Positions 17,201 to 25,879 of a DNA stretch of 64,000 nucleotides are shown here, one piece after another. Position 1 is the stretch's first letter; each line of letters begins with the position of its first letter. Source of the DNA: Desulfatiglandales bacterium (GTDB lineage Bacteria; Desulfobacterota; DSM-4660; Desulfatiglandales; Desulfatiglandaceae); the NCBI GenBank assembly GCA_963662465.1, contig OY759599.1, positions 1,216,001 to 1,280,000 on the forward strand, given 5' to 3'. A model generated the notes under the pieces. That model ran no database searches and had not been told where the DNA came from. It saw nothing but the letters and a program-made list of their open reading frames with translations. The position numbers and the translations under genes are program-made.

Positions 17201-19770
17201 TCCTTCACGGGTAGGTCATGCAGGCGGGAGAGAGTGGCCAGGGCCGCGTCATGCCTGGCGGCTGCTTTTTTCTGAAATTCCTCCGCAAACCAGGCCTTGT
17301 TTTTGAGGAAAGTCTCAAGGTCCGGCGTCAAAATGTCTTTGACAAACGCCTTGATTGCTTTTGTTCTCGTCTCCTTTTGATAATGTACCCCATTGGTATG
17401 GCCCTTATCTCCGCCCTCCCGGTTCTTCCACGCCATCACCGGATAGTGTGAAAACTGGTCAAACCACGTTCCCACCAGGCTGTTGCCGCATTTGATCTTG
17501 TGATCCAAAAAGGAAAAGGGGAGCTCACGATCCATGGTCTCGATCCACAACGCCAGTCGGCACAACTCCACGGCCAGGGGATCCAAGTCCACGCCATAAA
17601 TGCACCGTTCCACCACAAACCGCTTGAGCAGTGATTTGGTTCGAGTCTCGAAATTTTCACTGTCCGGAGACCCGGGCAATCGGGTGTCCGTCAGCTTTTC
17701 TTCCGCTTGGGGGTTTTTTAGCCCCAATAATTTCTCCAGGGGGCTTTTCCAGTCGTCACCGACCCGGTTGTGGGTAAACAACGACCGAAAAAGGGCTTCG
17801 GTCAGAAATCTCAGGGCGGCCACGGGGAATGATCCCGAACCGCAGGCCGGATCACAGACCTTGAGGGCAAGGATCTCTTCGGGTTTCCTGGGTGCCCATT
17901 CGCTGGTTGGGGCGTTCGTGTTCGGTTTCCCATCTTTGTCCAGGGGCGGCACGTAGGCCAGGGGGCGAAGGGTGCGCATGACCGTGGGAACGGCCAGGCC
18001 GGGTCGGGTATAAAAGGTCCCCGCACCTTTTCGAGTGCCGCCCCAGCGCACCAGATACCATTCACCGGGAAGTACCACACGGGACACCAGTTGACGAGCC
18101 TTGCGAGAAATATTTTCTTCGTGGACCAGCTGTTTTTCGGGCGTCATTCCCCCTTGGGGTCGGGACACCAGTTTGCCCATGTCCACTGCTTTTCGGGCCC
18201 AGGTTTCAGCTCGGGTGCGGATGGTGTGACGTGTGTCTTCCGCCGTCTCCACATTAACATCCACACCATCATCGGCATCCTTGTCTTTCTCGGAAGCATC
18301 CCCTTCATCCGCTGCCGGCTCAATGGAATCCGCTTCGGTTTCATCGTCCCCGCTACTGGTATCTTTCATTTTCTCCAGCAAATCGGCCAGGGCCTTGTTG
18401 TCCATGGCCTCCAGGCGGGACAGGGGCAAGGCAGGCTGATTGCCGATGGAGAGAAACACGACAGGATCACCGGACGGAGCGGTTTTGAGTTCGAAATCCA
18501 GCAACCCCTCGTACAGGATGCCGATGTATTCGCTGGACAGGTCCGAAAAATCAACGGGCGCCGGAACCCAGATACTGCCCCGGCCCTGGCGTACTTTGAC
18601 ACGGGTGCGGGTGATACGTTCAATCAGGCGCAGCACCTCACGGTCGCTCATGATCTCCCGGTGAAAACAGGCGTTTTCCAACACGGCAATCGCTTTTGCC
18701 ATTGGGTCGGCCGAATCCGTGTTTCCAGGCATAAAAAGTTCGCCGCCATATTGGGGAACCGGCAATGCGGGATGATGGGAACCCTGAAAGACCAATCGGA
18801 ACAGCCCCAGTATTCGAGGCCAGGCATTCCAGGATCGGGAAAGACGTCCGCTGCCGCGAGCGGCTGTTTTTTCCAGCGATTCCCGCAGGCCGGTGATGCC
18901 GTAGGCGGTATGGTAGAGGGTATTGTCCCGGGGCAACAGTTCACGGGATTCCGCAAAGAGTACCACCACGATCCGCATGACCATCCGCACGGCGGCGCGG
19001 TAGATGTCCTCGGGGGTCCCCTGGGGGCATTCTTCTTTTAGCACCTCGCCATGGGCCTGAAGGAGAATTTCCACGGCCTCGCGGACCCTCTCTCCCAACT
19101 CGGTGGACAGGTCGGCCTGGCCTTTGCGGCTGTCTAAAACCGCCTGAAGCAGCGGCGCCGCTTCTTTTTCAGCAGTTGGAATCCATGCCCCCGGCGATAG
19201 CAATGTGCGAAGGGCTGTTACCTGGGGAGACAATTCCCCTTCCTCGAACCACAGGTCCACGTCCCATTCGCACCAGGCGTCGAAATCAAGCCCGGCAAAT
19301 ACCAGCCGCCACTGGCGACCGTTGGTGATCACAGCCAGACGTTCCGAACCTGCTCTAAGCCACTGAAGCACCTGGCTGGCGGCCTTTCGGCCCCGTCCCA
19401 CCCCCACGCGTTTTTCCGTATCCAGAAAAACGGGCAGCAATCCGCCATTGGTTCCTTGCCAGAGCTGTCTGGGCTTGATGGCTTCGCCGGTGACGGCGCG
19501 GCGTGTCCAGTGTGTCCCCATCCGGTTTCCGCGACGCCAAGTACCCAAATTGCTGGAAAAACCGCAGATCGTCTCCAAAACAAATGCGACAAATTCCGGA
19601 ACATCCGCGTTCTGATCCATCAGCGCATCGACCCGTCGGCGCAGCTGGTCTCTGAAGTAAACAGGCAGCGGTTCCGGAATCATTTCGGCGATCCGGTCTA
19701 ATCGCTGTGTATCGAGGAGCAGTCCGCCGTGGCGCAACCGTTCCCAACCGAACTCTCTTACCGAGCTCAT
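14245..19770 (-). CDS. Large N6-adenine DNA methyltransferase (Eco57I-like, DrmMI-like)
   Basis: GTFYTRP, VCDPACGSGSF (motif I), IYGVDLDPLAVEL, FDAVLGNPPW (motif IV); overlaps the drmD stop by ATGA. Confidence 0.9.
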   Translation of the reverse strand: MSSVREFGWERLRHGGLLLDTQRLDRIAEMIPEPLPVYFRDQLRRRVDALMDQNADVPEFVAFVLETICGFSSNLGTWRRGNRMGTHWTRRAVTGEAIKPRQLWQGTNGGLLPVFLDTEKRVGVGRGRKAASQVLQWLRAGSERLAVITNGRQWRLVFAGLDFDAWCEWDVDLWFEEGELSPQVTALRTLLSPGAWIPTAEKEAAPLLQAVLDSRKGQADLSTELGERVREAVEILLQAHGEVLKEECPQGTPEDIYRAAVRMVMRIVVVLFAESRELLPRDNTLYHTAYGITGLRESLEKTAARGSGRLSRSWNAWPRILGLFRLVFQGSHHPALPVPQYGGELFMPGNTDSADPMAKAIAVLENACFHREIMSDREVLRLIERITRTRVKVRQGRGSIWVPAPVDFSDLSSEYIGILYEGLLDFELKTAPSGDPVVFLSIGNQPALPLSRLEAMDNKALADLLEKMKDTSSGDDETEADSIEPAADEGDASEKDKDADDGVDVNVETAEDTRHTIRTRAETWARKAVDMGKLVSRPQGGMTPEKQLVHEENISRKARQLVSRVVLPGEWYLVRWGGTRKGAGTFYTRPGLAVPTVMRTLRPLAYVPPLDKDGKPNTNAPTSEWAPRKPEEILALKVCDPACGSGSFPVAALRFLTEALFRSLFTHNRVGDDWKSPLEKLLGLKNPQAEEKLTDTRLPGSPDSENFETRTKSLLKRFVVERCIYGVDLDPLAVELCRLALWIETMDRELPFSFLDHKIKCGNSLVGTWFDQFSHYPVMAWKNREGGDKGHTNGVHYQKETRTKAIKAFVKDILTPDLETFLKNKAWFAEEFQKKAAARHDAALATLSRLHDLPVKDSARRARMYREEFVGSDAYCSLKAAMDLWCACWFWPPDQIGLAPLPTTFAEPSHETWAVADRVTTNKRFFHWALEFPDVFRAKGSGFDAVLGNPPWETLQPNSMEFFSNIDPLYRSYGKQEALRFQTTYFKEEETERKWLNYTGGFVCDSNWMKFAGSPFGDPESTTKSTDRFSIVRGNRNIILHDNWRAAREKSVAYASPDHPFRHRGEGKAYTYKLFLEHAHHILCNKGRLGFIVPSGLYSDHGTRALRELFLDHCRWEWLFGFENRDKVFQIDSRFKFNPVIIEKGGQTDAIQTAFMRRKLEDWERGEAFATPYRREQVTQFSPWTMAILEIQSGRDLEILEKIYSNSVLLGDNGPDSWGIKYAQGDFNMTSDSKLFPPRPKWEAQGYRPDEYSRWLKGEWRPINELWEDLAVEPLIEGETLCAQPPYDRLPIPRVYIPEGIILSREVDAWIRENEIEDMAVAFMQGVMIHRFDFSQKGWISGTGLLAKWKPIEWANKIISPQYLMNYRDAPRIKLRSVHRRVARNTDARTMISTVDMGHPSGDKSPILTTNESQKDLILTAVLNSFVFDSILRDRCGGTNIDLASLTAMPIPILSLEIISVLSKWVMNMNMASWLFSPVAITLANYSFSNQQDLSYSPKTWYVTDFERLRANVTIDAVLVALYRLSSNDLHNILKECDAPLTKFSDREFTAIINPKGFWRVDKDKDPELRHTVLTLVAFHDLEQKIQECGGDRNKGIEAFLKQNDGEGWILPETLRLADYGLGHDDRAKEHQPVAGRLGPRFYDWQLAQSPDESWRECHLHARNLLGRSGYLKLLGEVLRDTPSGGWEDALYLAFDLEEKAHLCEVFSTAIVFMDPQTWRDRLDESRRILNNRGFAWSHTDMVQIIADALKRVPKENRKQALAAAKEYLGETGFNAALEKLLASLPHLTDHPWHKIIRDQVGEAPYQKIAAGHNIESPNRMAEKEAAYANNGEMSQMGLFD

Positions 19771-22700
19771 GATTCACCTCCCGGCAAGCGGACTTCAATA
19801 CAGACCGGAAACACTTGGGCGGCGCCGGCCAGCAAATGGCGTTTGGGCAGAAGGTGTTTTACGATTCGCTCCCTTTCACGATCCAGCTGGTCGCGTACCT
19901 CCACATAATGGCGTGTGCGCCGGGCAATCTCATCCTGTCTTTCCTGGATTGACCGGTCAATGGCTGCCAGCCGCTGTTCCTCGTTAAACAGGAACCCCTG
20001 CTGTCTTTCCATTTTCAATTGGGCCACTTCACGTTCAAGCCTGGCCAGGGTGTTTTCCGCAATGAGACTGGAGACTTCACCTCGGCGGCTGCGGTAGCGT
20101 TCTTCCTCTTTCTTCAGGGCGTCAGCGCCGGATTTTTCAAGTTGAAACTTGAGTTGTCGGGTAAGGTCTTTCCCATGGGCAGAGAGAAACGCTTTCAGAT
20201 CCGGTTCCACATCTTCTAAGATCTCCCGTGCGCGGGTGATGAGGGCGGGTGCTTCGATTTTCCCGACCGGGCGAAGGTTCATGGTGGGGCGATGGGGCAA
20301 GGGCTGGCTCAGATTCCCCTGATGAATGGGGAACACCAGGGTTCGAACCCAATGGTGAAAGGTTTCGCGCAATGCATTGACGGCCAGTTCCTCAACGCTC
20401 AGCAGCACCAGAGCATCGGCGCCGGTCGGCACACTCCCCAATGCTGCAGTCCAGCGCGACACGCTCTCTCCGGTTCCGGGAAACCGGCAACGGGTGAGCG
20501 CACCGAGGGCACGTTGAAGCATGGGGTGGGACAGGTGTATGAAGCTTACATCCGGCAGCGGGTAAAACACCAGGCGATCGCCCATTTGACGAAGAAAGGG
20601 ATCCGGACTGAAAGCCAGGCGGGCGACCGGTCCCCGGGTTGAATTGCCCGTTTTGGTCCGAAGAGACTCATCAATGACCTCGCTCCAGCCCGGCAGAGAC
20701 GGGTTGAGTATCTTACAGGTGTTGTCCGGCGTTTCGCAAGCCATTTGGGGGCGCTCGGCGCGAATGGCCATGGCCGCCTCCAGGGTTTCCCGCAGGGCGT
20801 TCGGATCCAGGTCCATTTCAGCAGCCAGAGCCTTGAGGCGGTTGCCGGCATCACGACCCTCTTCGCCTGTTTCCGTGGTGGCATCGGCATCCATGGAAGC
20901 CCTTCCCCGGGCTGCATCCACCCGTCGATCCAGGTCGGCCTGAACCGCCGTAAGGCTTTCACCATCCACCAGACGACGGTGGGCCGCTTCGTCAAAGATC
21001 TCATTGGCTGAGCCTAGGTCCTCCCGAATTTCGTGGGCCTTGCCGATGACGTGGGACAAAAACCTGAGGTCCTGGTCCTGATCGCTCACAAAGTGGTAAA
21101 CCGTCACATCGCGGGCCTGGCCGTGGCGATCCAGACGGCCGTTTCGCTGTTCCAGCCGGGAGGGGTTCCAGGGACAATCGAAATGAAGAAGGTAACGGGC
21201 TGAGCGTTGCAGATTCAGCCCTTCGGCGGCGGCATCCGTGGCCAGCAGGATACGAACGGAGTGTTTAGGATCGTTAAAAGACTGTTTAACCAGATCCCGT
21301 TCGCTCTCGTCCATGCCACCGAAAAGGGTGAGGATACGGTCCGGTTCGTAGCGCTCGCGCAGGCGCCGAACAAGATAGTCCAAAGTGGTTTTATACTCGG
21401 TAAAGACCACGAGTCGTTCGTCGTCCCGCCACCCGCCGTCGGTGTGCAGCAGCCTTTGGATGAGACCATTGAAGACAGTAAAGCGCGTGTCGGCAGTTGG
21501 TGTTTGTTCTGCCACATCAGCCGCTTCAAGGTTGAAGCCCAGACCGGATACTGCCAGGTCCAGGGCGGCGATTTCCTCTTTCATTTCAGGAGCGACGGCC
21601 TTCAGCCACGCGCCAACGACCCCGGAAGCAATGGATTCCCGAGATTGGGCTTCCCGATCATCGCCGGTGTCGCGCTGAACGCTTTTCCGGGATGCCTCCA
21701 CTTCGGCATCCTCAGCGGGCCGTTCTTCCCGGAGCCCTTCCTTGCATCTCCGCCACGATTCGGCAAAGGCTGTAGGACAGCTCAACAGGCGTTTTCCGAG
21801 GATCTCAACGGCAAAGCTGCCGGCCCTGCGCCGTTTATGGAGGGTACCACTGATCAGTTTTCGTATTTTCGTGCGGAAGGCGTCAAAGGCGACGGAGAGC
21901 GCCGTTTCCATAGGCGTTAGGGGCAATGTGAGGGCCTGGGGCAGGTTCCGGGTGCAGAATTTGGGTGGATCGGTTCGCGCATTGATATCCCGTTTCAGTC
22001 GACGGAGTACCACCTGTTGGACGCGGCTTTTTTCAGCGGGTTTGAGTTCGTTGGTTTGACTGAAGCGAACCGGATCGAGGATTTCCAGAAGCCCGGTAAA
22101 ACATCGGGTGTGGCCGTTGTGGGGGGTGGCGCTGAGAAATAATCGGTGTTCGAACTGTGGGGCCAGAAGGCGTAGCATGCGACAGAGGTCGCTGTCGTCA
22201 CCGAATGCCGAGGGCATCAGGTTGTGGCATTCGTCCACAATGAGGAGGTCCCACGGCAGGTGAGGGGAACCCTCGGGTGTTCGACAGGCGGCCAGAAATT
22301 GCTCCAGCACGTCATCCTGGCGCAGGTAGTGGTAGGAGGTAATGATGCGGCTGAAGGAACGCCACGGGTTGGCGTCCATGCCGAGGCGCTTTCTGAGATT
22401 GTGGGTTTCAGCCCGGTCCACCAGATTGAAGGTCAGGGCGAATTTCTCCCACATTTCATCCCGCCACTGAAGGCGGAGCGATGCCGGTGTGAGGATCAGG
22501 ACCCGTTGGATGCGCCGACGCAGCAGAAGCTCACTTAAGATCAGGCCCGCCTCCACAGTCTTTCCGAGCCCCACGTCATCGGCGATGAGCAGGTTGACCC
22601 GCGGCATGAGCAGTGCCTTCAACAGCGGCACCAGTTGGAAGTCCTCGATCTGGACCGCTCCGTGAAAGGGGCTTGATATGGGCTTTCTGTCCAGAGGCCC

Positions 22701-23024
22701 GTCGCCGTCCGGGTCCAGGTAGGGCATGGCGGCCGTCCATCGTGAGGCCCGAAGCAAGGCATCGAAGTCGTCTCTCGGCATGGGATCCGTGCTGCTCGAA
22801 AGGGGCAGGGCTGTCGGTTCAAGCAGGTTTTTGTGCGGTTCCAGCTCCCAGAGAAGTTGCTCTTCAATGGGATACTGGTCGTCTTTGTATTCCAGATGAA
22901 CCAGGTGCAGACGTCCGGTATCGCCGTCAAACGGCTCGACGGCCGCCACGATGCCGCGCCTGTTGCGGACGGTGGCAAACATGCCGGTGCGAGGGATTGA
23001 AGTTGCCATAACGGTATGGGTCAT
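19767..23024 (-). CDS. drmD: SNF2-like helicase of DISARM type
   Basis: LLIADDVGLGKTVEAG, VDECHN, LSATPHNG, TDAAAEGLNLQ, PWNPSRLEQRNGRLDRHGQ; directly upstream of the methyltransferase as in class 1 DISARM. Confidence 0.85.
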   Translation of the reverse strand: MTHTVMATSIPRTGMFATVRNRRGIVAAVEPFDGDTGRLHLVHLEYKDDQYPIEEQLLWELEPHKNLLEPTALPLSSSTDPMPRDDFDALLRASRWTAAMPYLDPDGDGPLDRKPISSPFHGAVQIEDFQLVPLLKALLMPRVNLLIADDVGLGKTVEAGLILSELLLRRRIQRVLILTPASLRLQWRDEMWEKFALTFNLVDRAETHNLRKRLGMDANPWRSFSRIITSYHYLRQDDVLEQFLAACRTPEGSPHLPWDLLIVDECHNLMPSAFGDDSDLCRMLRLLAPQFEHRLFLSATPHNGHTRCFTGLLEILDPVRFSQTNELKPAEKSRVQQVVLRRLKRDINARTDPPKFCTRNLPQALTLPLTPMETALSVAFDAFRTKIRKLISGTLHKRRRAGSFAVEILGKRLLSCPTAFAESWRRCKEGLREERPAEDAEVEASRKSVQRDTGDDREAQSRESIASGVVGAWLKAVAPEMKEEIAALDLAVSGLGFNLEAADVAEQTPTADTRFTVFNGLIQRLLHTDGGWRDDERLVVFTEYKTTLDYLVRRLRERYEPDRILTLFGGMDESERDLVKQSFNDPKHSVRILLATDAAAEGLNLQRSARYLLHFDCPWNPSRLEQRNGRLDRHGQARDVTVYHFVSDQDQDLRFLSHVIGKAHEIREDLGSANEIFDEAAHRRLVDGESLTAVQADLDRRVDAARGRASMDADATTETGEEGRDAGNRLKALAAEMDLDPNALRETLEAAMAIRAERPQMACETPDNTCKILNPSLPGWSEVIDESLRTKTGNSTRGPVARLAFSPDPFLRQMGDRLVFYPLPDVSFIHLSHPMLQRALGALTRCRFPGTGESVSRWTAALGSVPTGADALVLLSVEELAVNALRETFHHWVRTLVFPIHQGNLSQPLPHRPTMNLRPVGKIEAPALITRAREILEDVEPDLKAFLSAHGKDLTRQLKFQLEKSGADALKKEEERYRSRRGEVSSLIAENTLARLEREVAQLKMERQQGFLFNEEQRLAAIDRSIQERQDEIARRTRHYVEVRDQLDRERERIVKHLLPKRHLLAGAAQVFPVCIEVRLPGGES

Positions 23025-23295
23025 GGGATGGCCCTATCGAAGTTTTATTATTCGTTTCGGATTCAACGCCTCTTTCCCTTTCAGAGTTTCAACAAAACTT
23101 GGCTTGAGAGTATTCCTGAACGTTGCTTACACCTAGCTATTTTATAAGTCAATAATAATCTGATCAGAGGTGATAGGAGGTGAACAGGGTAGGGTTCAAA
23201 ACAATGGCCCGATGGATACGGGATTCTCGGCGTTGTCAGAGATAGGCGGAGAGTCTGCTGATGATGTCGGAACGACAGTGTAGACCTGCCTGAAC

Positions 23296-23541
23296 TCATT
23301 CGTCGCTCCCGAGGGGCGTCGGTGAGATGACATCGCTGACCGAGCGCGGGCTTCGGCCGCTTGCAATAGATGCTTCCAGTGTGTCATTCAGTTCGCTCCA
23401 GGCGGCATCAACGATGACACGCTCATCCATGCGCCGAAGGGCATCCCGAACAATTTCGCTGGCATTCCCGTAGAGACCGGAGTGAACCTTGCGCTGAACA
23501 AGTTCGTAAAGCTCGGGTGTTACGGATACATTCATCTGCAT
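23296..23541 (-). CDS. ParD-family ribbon-helix-helix antitoxin
   Basis: MNVSVTPELYELVQRKVHSGLYGNASEIVRDALRRM pattern; AAGGAG RBS. Confidence 0.8.
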   Translation of the reverse strand: MQMNVSVTPELYELVQRKVHSGLYGNASEIVRDALRRMDERVIVDAAWSELNDTLEASIASGRSPRSVSDVISPTPLGSDE

Positions 23542-23812
23542 GGCAAGGTCTCCTTTCCTTTCCCAAGGTTAAATGATAACAAATATAGTGCGAACCTTTA
23601 TGTTGGTGAGAGGTTTGCGCTGTACCGTTTTTGTGCCGTACCGGGGGTGTTCTGGGCCCCAAAAAAACGCGGGCGCGAGGTCTGAGAGGGCGACATGGCA
23701 GCAGAATATTATGGTTTCCAAAGACATACCCCAAAAACCCGATAATTGGACATGCTAATCCCTTTAAATTTAAATTAAATCATTTATTTATAACTATTTT
23801 AAATAAATTGGA

Positions 23813-25294
23813 TTAGGCGGCTCTGGCTATTGGCCGTACAAGGGAGCGCATTTGCTCAATACGGCCAGCCCTTACATGACCAAGGGCCATTGCCATCATT
23901 ACGGCGGTGGCCAAGCAAACTCTTGTTTGCATTTTGGCTTGGCCGCGTATGTAATGTTTCTCAAAACCAAAATCATTATCGATCCGACTGTTGATTCTCT
24001 CCAAAGAAGAACGCCGATTATACGCTCGGTCCCAACCCTGCGTACCATAGGGAATGGGTGTGAAGATTCGCCGATCTTCCTCAGTGATATTTATTCTGAC
24101 AATTCGCCCATAATCTCCGGGATTAACTTGCCCCGCAGATGAACACTCTCCACATCCTTCACAGGAAAAGCCGTTTGCAGCTGCGGGACAACGATATTTC
24201 AGGGTATTGCGATTTTTTTCAAAGCCACAAAAAGCCATGTCCCGCTGTTCTCCAGTAGCCGGACAAATACAATGGACTGTCCCTTTCTCAGTATACACAA
24301 TGGTATCTGCCCGGTCAGGATAAAGAGGTCGTGTGATCGGTTTTGCAGGATCGTATCCCGGCTCATTCTTTTCATCTCTCCACAGTTCACGGGTATCAAT
24401 GCCGGGCCGAATCCCATATTCATCCAACAGCTGAGCCTTAGTTTTGCCGGAATCCAAACCACGGTCCGCCACAAAATCATCACAGCGCTCGCCAAGCTGC
24501 GGTGTTTCCTCAAAAATTTCTTTGATCATGCTTCGCAGTTCCTTGTGTTCCGAATGCGAGGCAGGTGTTACATGAACTGCCACCGGAATTTCATATAGGG
24601 TATCAGCGATCAAATGAAGGCCATATCCAAACCAGCTTTTTACTTTTGTCCACTGCTTTCCGGTTTTACTGTCTGTCCCTTTCGTTTCATGCTTGCCCCA
24701 ATCTGCATCCGTATCGGAGGTTTCACCGGTTTTCCGGCTTTCTTGTCCCGTACTATAACTGTTGATAGCCTTGCCGTCATACCCTAAATGACAACCAAAA
24801 TCAGGGAGTTCTGTCATTAAGGATTCTCGAAGCCCACGCACCATGCCGCTGACCATATTACCATATTCTTCCAGTTCTATGACGCTCCTTAAAAATCTTG
24901 AGAAATTCCAACTACCTGGAACCAAAAAATATGCATTTCCGCTCTCAGACCGTATGATTTCCATTCGGCCCGTTTCCTCATTGCGTCTCAGTTCAGCTAC
25001 CGGTTTTTTTTGCCTCGGCAGAATATCAAATCCGCATGCCTCTAATAACGCCGGATTCCTGGACAATTCGCGAATCAAAGATTCAATGGATGCATGCTGG
25101 AACACGACTCCCGCAATAAGCGCGTTCCACATTGCGCGTATCGGAAAATCATCTCTCCCATTGCCGCGACGCTTTTCAAGTGCCGCTACAATATTCTCAT
25201 CAGGCAGATTATCGCGCACCAGATAGAAACGGTCCAAATCCGAGCGTGCTTCGACATCATTCCACGAAAAAAGAAACGGACTCACTGCTGCCAA
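23813..25294 (-). CDS. DDE transposase
   Basis: GYDGK, FGYGLHLIAD, VADRGLD, YNRRSSLERINSRID; inserted Cys-rich segment. Confidence 0.9.
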   Translation of the reverse strand: MAAVSPFLFSWNDVEARSDLDRFYLVRDNLPDENIVAALEKRRGNGRDDFPIRAMWNALIAGVVFQHASIESLIRELSRNPALLEACGFDILPRQKKPVAELRRNEETGRMEIIRSESGNAYFLVPGSWNFSRFLRSVIELEEYGNMVSGMVRGLRESLMTELPDFGCHLGYDGKAINSYSTGQESRKTGETSDTDADWGKHETKGTDSKTGKQWTKVKSWFGYGLHLIADTLYEIPVAVHVTPASHSEHKELRSMIKEIFEETPQLGERCDDFVADRGLDSGKTKAQLLDEYGIRPGIDTRELWRDEKNEPGYDPAKPITRPLYPDRADTIVYTEKGTVHCICPATGEQRDMAFCGFEKNRNTLKYRCPAAANGFSCEGCGECSSAGQVNPGDYGRIVRINITEEDRRIFTPIPYGTQGWDRAYNRRSSLERINSRIDNDFGFEKHYIRGQAKMQTRVCLATAVMMAMALGHVRAGRIEQMRSLVRPIARAA

Positions 25295-25440
25295 GTTTCG
25301 GCCTCCATCAAATATTTAAAGAAACACTCTATCCTGTTATCTGATGAAGGCATTGTACAATATTTTGTATTAAAATCAAGGTATTCCGACAAGTTCTTTC
25401 GCTTGGGGTGAAAAAATGGAAAATTCCGACTCGATCTAGC

Positions 25441-25453
25441 TAAGTGCTTGATT
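25441..25453 (-). promoter_or_regulatory. Possible IHF site near the IS end
   Basis: TAAGTGCTTGATT is the reverse complement of the WATCAR-N4-TTR consensus. Confidence 0.35.
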
Positions 25454-25879
25454 TCAGGATGCCCACCCATCTTTTTTTTGGGGTAATGTTTTTTTGACAC
25501 TGCCAAATCCCTCCAGGATACCAGAGACTTAAGCACAGCGCAAACCCCTCTGGTCAATGAAAAACGGGTTGAATTGATCAATTTGAAAAAGAAAAATCGC
25601 ATAAGTCTAAATGTTGTGGGGTTTACTCTAACATATTGAAATTATTTCATCTGTTAAACGGTTCCGAATCAATATCCTAATCAAAGCGCATTTCGTGAGG
25701 CCAAACATTTTTTCCTGAATTCGCCTTAGCGGAAAAAAGTTAGGGACTTTTTTTGATAAGTGTGCATAATCATAGTGCAACAGTCTATGTTAAATTAGAG
25801 AGGTTGCACATGATTAATAATATTAAGAGAGCTTTGACAATGTTGGACAAAGCTCAAAACAGACTTGCAAGACAATGTT

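Larger units (their letters stand above)
23608..25550 (-). mobile_element. IS element (IS1182/IS5-like), 1943 bp
   Basis: 16-bp IRs GAGAGGTTTGCGCTGT / ACAGCGCAAACCCCTC (15/16 match); 4-bp duplication TGGT at 23604-23607 and 25551-25554. Confidence 0.85.
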
